Below, piece by piece: positions 60,049 to 64,000 of a stretch of 64,000 nt of DNA. The position numbers were made by a program, and so were the translations under genes. The DNA is from Chrysomallon squamiferum (lineage: Eukaryota > Animalia > Mollusca), in the NCBI GenBank assembly GCA_012295275.1, contig CM022671.1:20212001-20276000 (forward strand). The letters run 5' to 3'. Within the stretch, counting starts at the first letter, position 1, and each line of letters opens with the position of its first letter. The notes under the pieces were generated by a model. It made no database searches. It worked only from the letters and a program-made list of their open reading frames with translations, and was not told the origin of the DNA.

Positions 60049-63000
60049 GGCATTGTTCTTCTTATAATTATTGTTGTTGTCGTCGTCATCACTGACGACA
60101 TTGTAAATGATCCTCGTTATCTGCTGTATACACTGCACTTTCAGACTGGACATTATGTAATACAGAGTCAAAATGTGTGCAATACAAAAGAAGAAAGGAG
60201 TCAATCTTTCCACTGATTTTTCTGTCAGACGTGACTAGGATTCTAAACGAACAGAACCAATTAATTCGTGACTGGAATGAACCACGTCAACACAGCAATT
60301 CACTGCTTGTCTGCTTTGTTAATCTTTATTTAATAAAATAGCCATTATTCTTTGTGACGTATCTGCTAGGTTGCATTAGACAACATATTGAGCAGCCATT
60401 CTGTTTAGTCTTCTTTTTATATATATATAATTTCTCGACACGAGATGCCACAAATGCACCAAAACTAATCAGACAAAGATGTCAGGAGGTAATTTTCTTA
60501 TAATTTGTTTCATTTTTTTTATTATTATTATTATTATTTTTTTTTTTTTTTTTTCGTTTTTTTTTCTTTTTTTTTTTTATGTTGTGTGTGGGTTTTTTTT
60601 GTTTTTTTTTTATAAATATTCATGTAGATGTATAATAAAGGCGCGACCGTAGAAATATCGGTACCAAACATCACTCTGAACTTTAGGTATCAAATAAATT
60701 TCGTAAAGCTCAAAACGATAACTTTGTTCTTTGTTTTGGATTCGAATAATTAACGAGATTGTTTTGGTTCCCGTGTAACGACCACAGAACTACTAGTACC
60801 AGATTTCAGTTCTAAACATTAATAAATTATATTCCTTTAAACTTAAACAAACTCTCTAATTTTATGCTATGTCTTCTGTTCGAATATTTATCAACGGTTC
60901 AGGATCAAAAAACATTTATATAGAACTGTCTATGCCAGATTTCAGATTAACTTTGCAAGTAACAAAAGCTTAATCTCGCTACGAAAAAAATGTTAATTTT
61001 TTTTTATCACCGGTTTATTAATTTACACTTCCATCAGTGGATTTGTAACAGTTATGTGTCTTCAGTGTCTAGTAACCACAATACATTTCATGGAATATTT
61101 TTTCTATTACACGTATTTATAGGCTGAACAACAAAAAAAGCACACCCAAAAACAACAACAAAACAGTATATTAGGCTCACCGAGAAGAATTAATTCAGAA
61201 GCCATCACAACTCATATAAAAGCTATTTGTTATTAACGGCATATTATATTAAAATAATTATTAGCTAGAGTGACCTGGTCACTGTGTAAGGCATCACTTG
61301 TCAAATACGTATGTTTTGTAATCTCAGCATTAAACAGTTAGTTGAACGCTTACAATGAAAACGTAAGTCAAATTATATTTTAATTTATGCTAGTAAAATT
61401 TTTATTTCTTCTTTTTATTATTATTATTTTTAATATTATTTAAAGAATCTGATAATAGACACACTTACGCTTCCTAAATTCTATTTTTTTTAATTAACGT
61501 ATAGTACTACACTATTATTAGTAGTATTATTATTTCAAAGAAATCTTGTCTAACGAATAAGAAATAAAAGTACATTGTAATTATTTGGCTGATAATTTAC
61601 ATACATATACACATAAACACATACACAGATACACACATACATACAAAACGTTCCGTTTTTTAAATAACATGCAGTGCTACCCGTCTTGTATGATCACCCG
61701 GTAAGCCGTTCAAAGGTGTCCCTACAAAGGGACAAAAATAACTGACAATTAGTTTGAACATATTTACCATGGTTTCACCTAAAACACAATCGCAAACTTA
61801 TCGATGGGTATAAATAAAAGTTATTTTGCACGTCATAAAACTCATAATTAGCATAAGGAATATTCATGTTTTAAAAAATACTGCGTTTGAAACCTAAATA
61901 GAGCTCCTATTTGTGCCAGCCGCACCATCTTTTCGACCTCACAATAAAATTATTTATTTTAGACAAAAAACAAATCCACACTGGTATGACTCTCGGCTTT
62001 AGCGGTGGAATGATAATTTAGAAAATGCTGTACGCGTCGTTGAACAGCAGGTATTTGTCGATCTAAGGGACGTGTCTGTCGAAAAACAATGCGGACTCGG
62101 AAAACTGCTCGTCTCGGGGGCCGCTAAAAACAGGTACCAGTGCATTCGACTTTTTAAAAATGGCTGCTTGTTAACTAAAGGCGAAACGTTGTTTATACTC
62201 GCGGGTATTAGAAACCTAAAGTATATTTGCATGTGTAGTATGTTATTCGCTTTATCATAAAGAATAGATTAACACCCAAGCGCAAACTTAACGTACACTT
62301 ATCACACATTTTTAATGTGTAATATTTGTATTTACTGTTTAATTTTTATTTTTGGTTTTTCTTCTTTTTCTTATTGTTGTTTTTATTTTATTTATTTATT
62401 TATTTGTTGTTGTTGTTGTTGTTGTTGTTGCTGATTCCGGTGTTATTTCTAGAGTTGGTATTGTGGTTCGAGTACCAGCAGACTTTCTCTTCCTTTTTTG
62501 TACAAAAAAATTAATTTACATATATACAGACAGATACAGAGAGACACAGACTTATATATATATATAAGTTCTTTGTATATTGTTTTATATTAAATAATCT
62601 TTTTAAAAAAAAAAAATAAAATAAAGACACTAACGGACCTAAACAAAATTAAACATATAACTGGAGGGGTGGGGGTGGAAAAATAAAAACAAACACCAAA
62701 CAAATATCTTTTCAAAGAATAATTAGACATGTATATCATGACATGAACGTCCTGAAACTGTTTTGAACAGACTGACGAGTAACTAAAAATACAAATTTAA
62801 TATTTAATGTGTCTTTTTATATTCATGGGATGTTCAAAAAACTGTTTTAGCTGTTCTCTTTCTTTCCAGAACAAAAATGTTGTTTGCGAAACGGACAACT
62901 GATGTTAATATATAATTGTATCGCATATCTCTTGAGATCTGAATCATCAAACGTTTTCGTTTGAAGTTTTTATTTTATTTTATTACTGTCACACATGTGA

Positions 63001-64000
63001 ATAAGCATTGTATACGTTATCTTATACGTTTGTTTATATTTAGATAATGCTGTAGCTTCCAAGTACTGACTTAATGTAATTTGACTTCGTCATAAGAGGA
63101 ATGTGGGTGTTTGTGTGTAATAATTTGTTGTTTTTGTGTGTCCGTGTCCATATTTGTGTGTGTGTATAAATGTGGATGTGTGTATGTGAGTGTGAGAATG
63201 TGCGTGTATGTTAATGTGTGTAGGGGTGTGTGTGTGTGGGTGTATGTGCATGATATGTTAATATGTGTGCTGTATTTGTGATTGTGTTGGTGAGTGTGAA
63301 CGTGTATATCTGTGTTTGTGTGTATATGTTTGTGTTCCAGTGTAATTTTGTATGTACTCGTATATAATTCAACGTCTTTGGTGTTAATGGTTTTTCGCAT
63401 TATTGCAAACAGGAGTTTTAAGCTGGTAGAATAATCTTTTGTTCTTTTTCTTTTCACATTATTTTGATCATTCTGTTCTGTGTGGAACTAGTTTACAGGT
63501 ATATTCAATCATTAGATTAAGGAAAGTATATCATATTATAAAAACATTCGATACATTCTGTTGTTTAATATTATTGATCGGATATCACTGAAGGAGACGA
63601 CAATGTTTTATATTTCAATTAATTAGCAAACAAATTGTATTCAGACATGAATGTGCCTGTTTGTACACGTACATATATACAAAATGTATACATAAACATA
63701 CTCATATACATATAAACATATTCATTTACATATACATCATATATTTATTCACATGCACACATGTACATATATATGCATACATACATACATATACACATAC
63801 ACATTCAATGTCTTTATTGAATTTATAAATGGTCTCCATCATCTAGCTAAATATCAAGATTGAAGAGTCCTCTGTTCATAATTATAATTTTTATTATTTT
63901 ACAAACAACGAGCATTTATCTAAAATAATTTCTTCTGTAGTTCGTAACAGAAATATTATTATTTGAGCTTTAACTCCAACACAGTAATATCCAATTTTAT

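Noticed and set aside
61999-62260. Overlapping ORFs on both strands in the 62 kb island
   Set aside because: Short, with no splice or homology support; open frames are expected from the locally higher GC

Overview
AT-rich, microsatellite-dense eukaryotic (animal) DNA; the style suggests an invertebrate, possibly a mollusc or other lophotrochozoan (inference). The ORF track is almost all microsatellite noise. Reading splice sites by hand gives one complete 11-exon gene on the minus strand: ATG at 51447, stop at 5898, 2310 nt CDS, 769 aa, all GT-AG introns with consistent phases. It encodes a type I membrane protein with a signal peptide, a Cys/FN3-like ectodomain, one TM helix, a divergent SEFIR-like domain and a long tail, i.e. 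an interleukin-17 receptor family member. The most notable extras are: a diverged copy of the exon-6 acceptor with an in-frame stop (candidate secreted decoy isoform); a candidate internal promoter with micro-exons in the 19 kb intron; a sharp CpG-depleted to CpG-retaining switch at about 50.6 kb; kB-type sites upstream; MITE-like inverted-repeat elements; an RTE-like LINE remnant with a target-site duplication; and a nested multi-stem GC-rich island near 62 kb. I see no prokaryote-type system (CRISPR, operon). All novelty claims are hypotheses needing RNA data or database searches.
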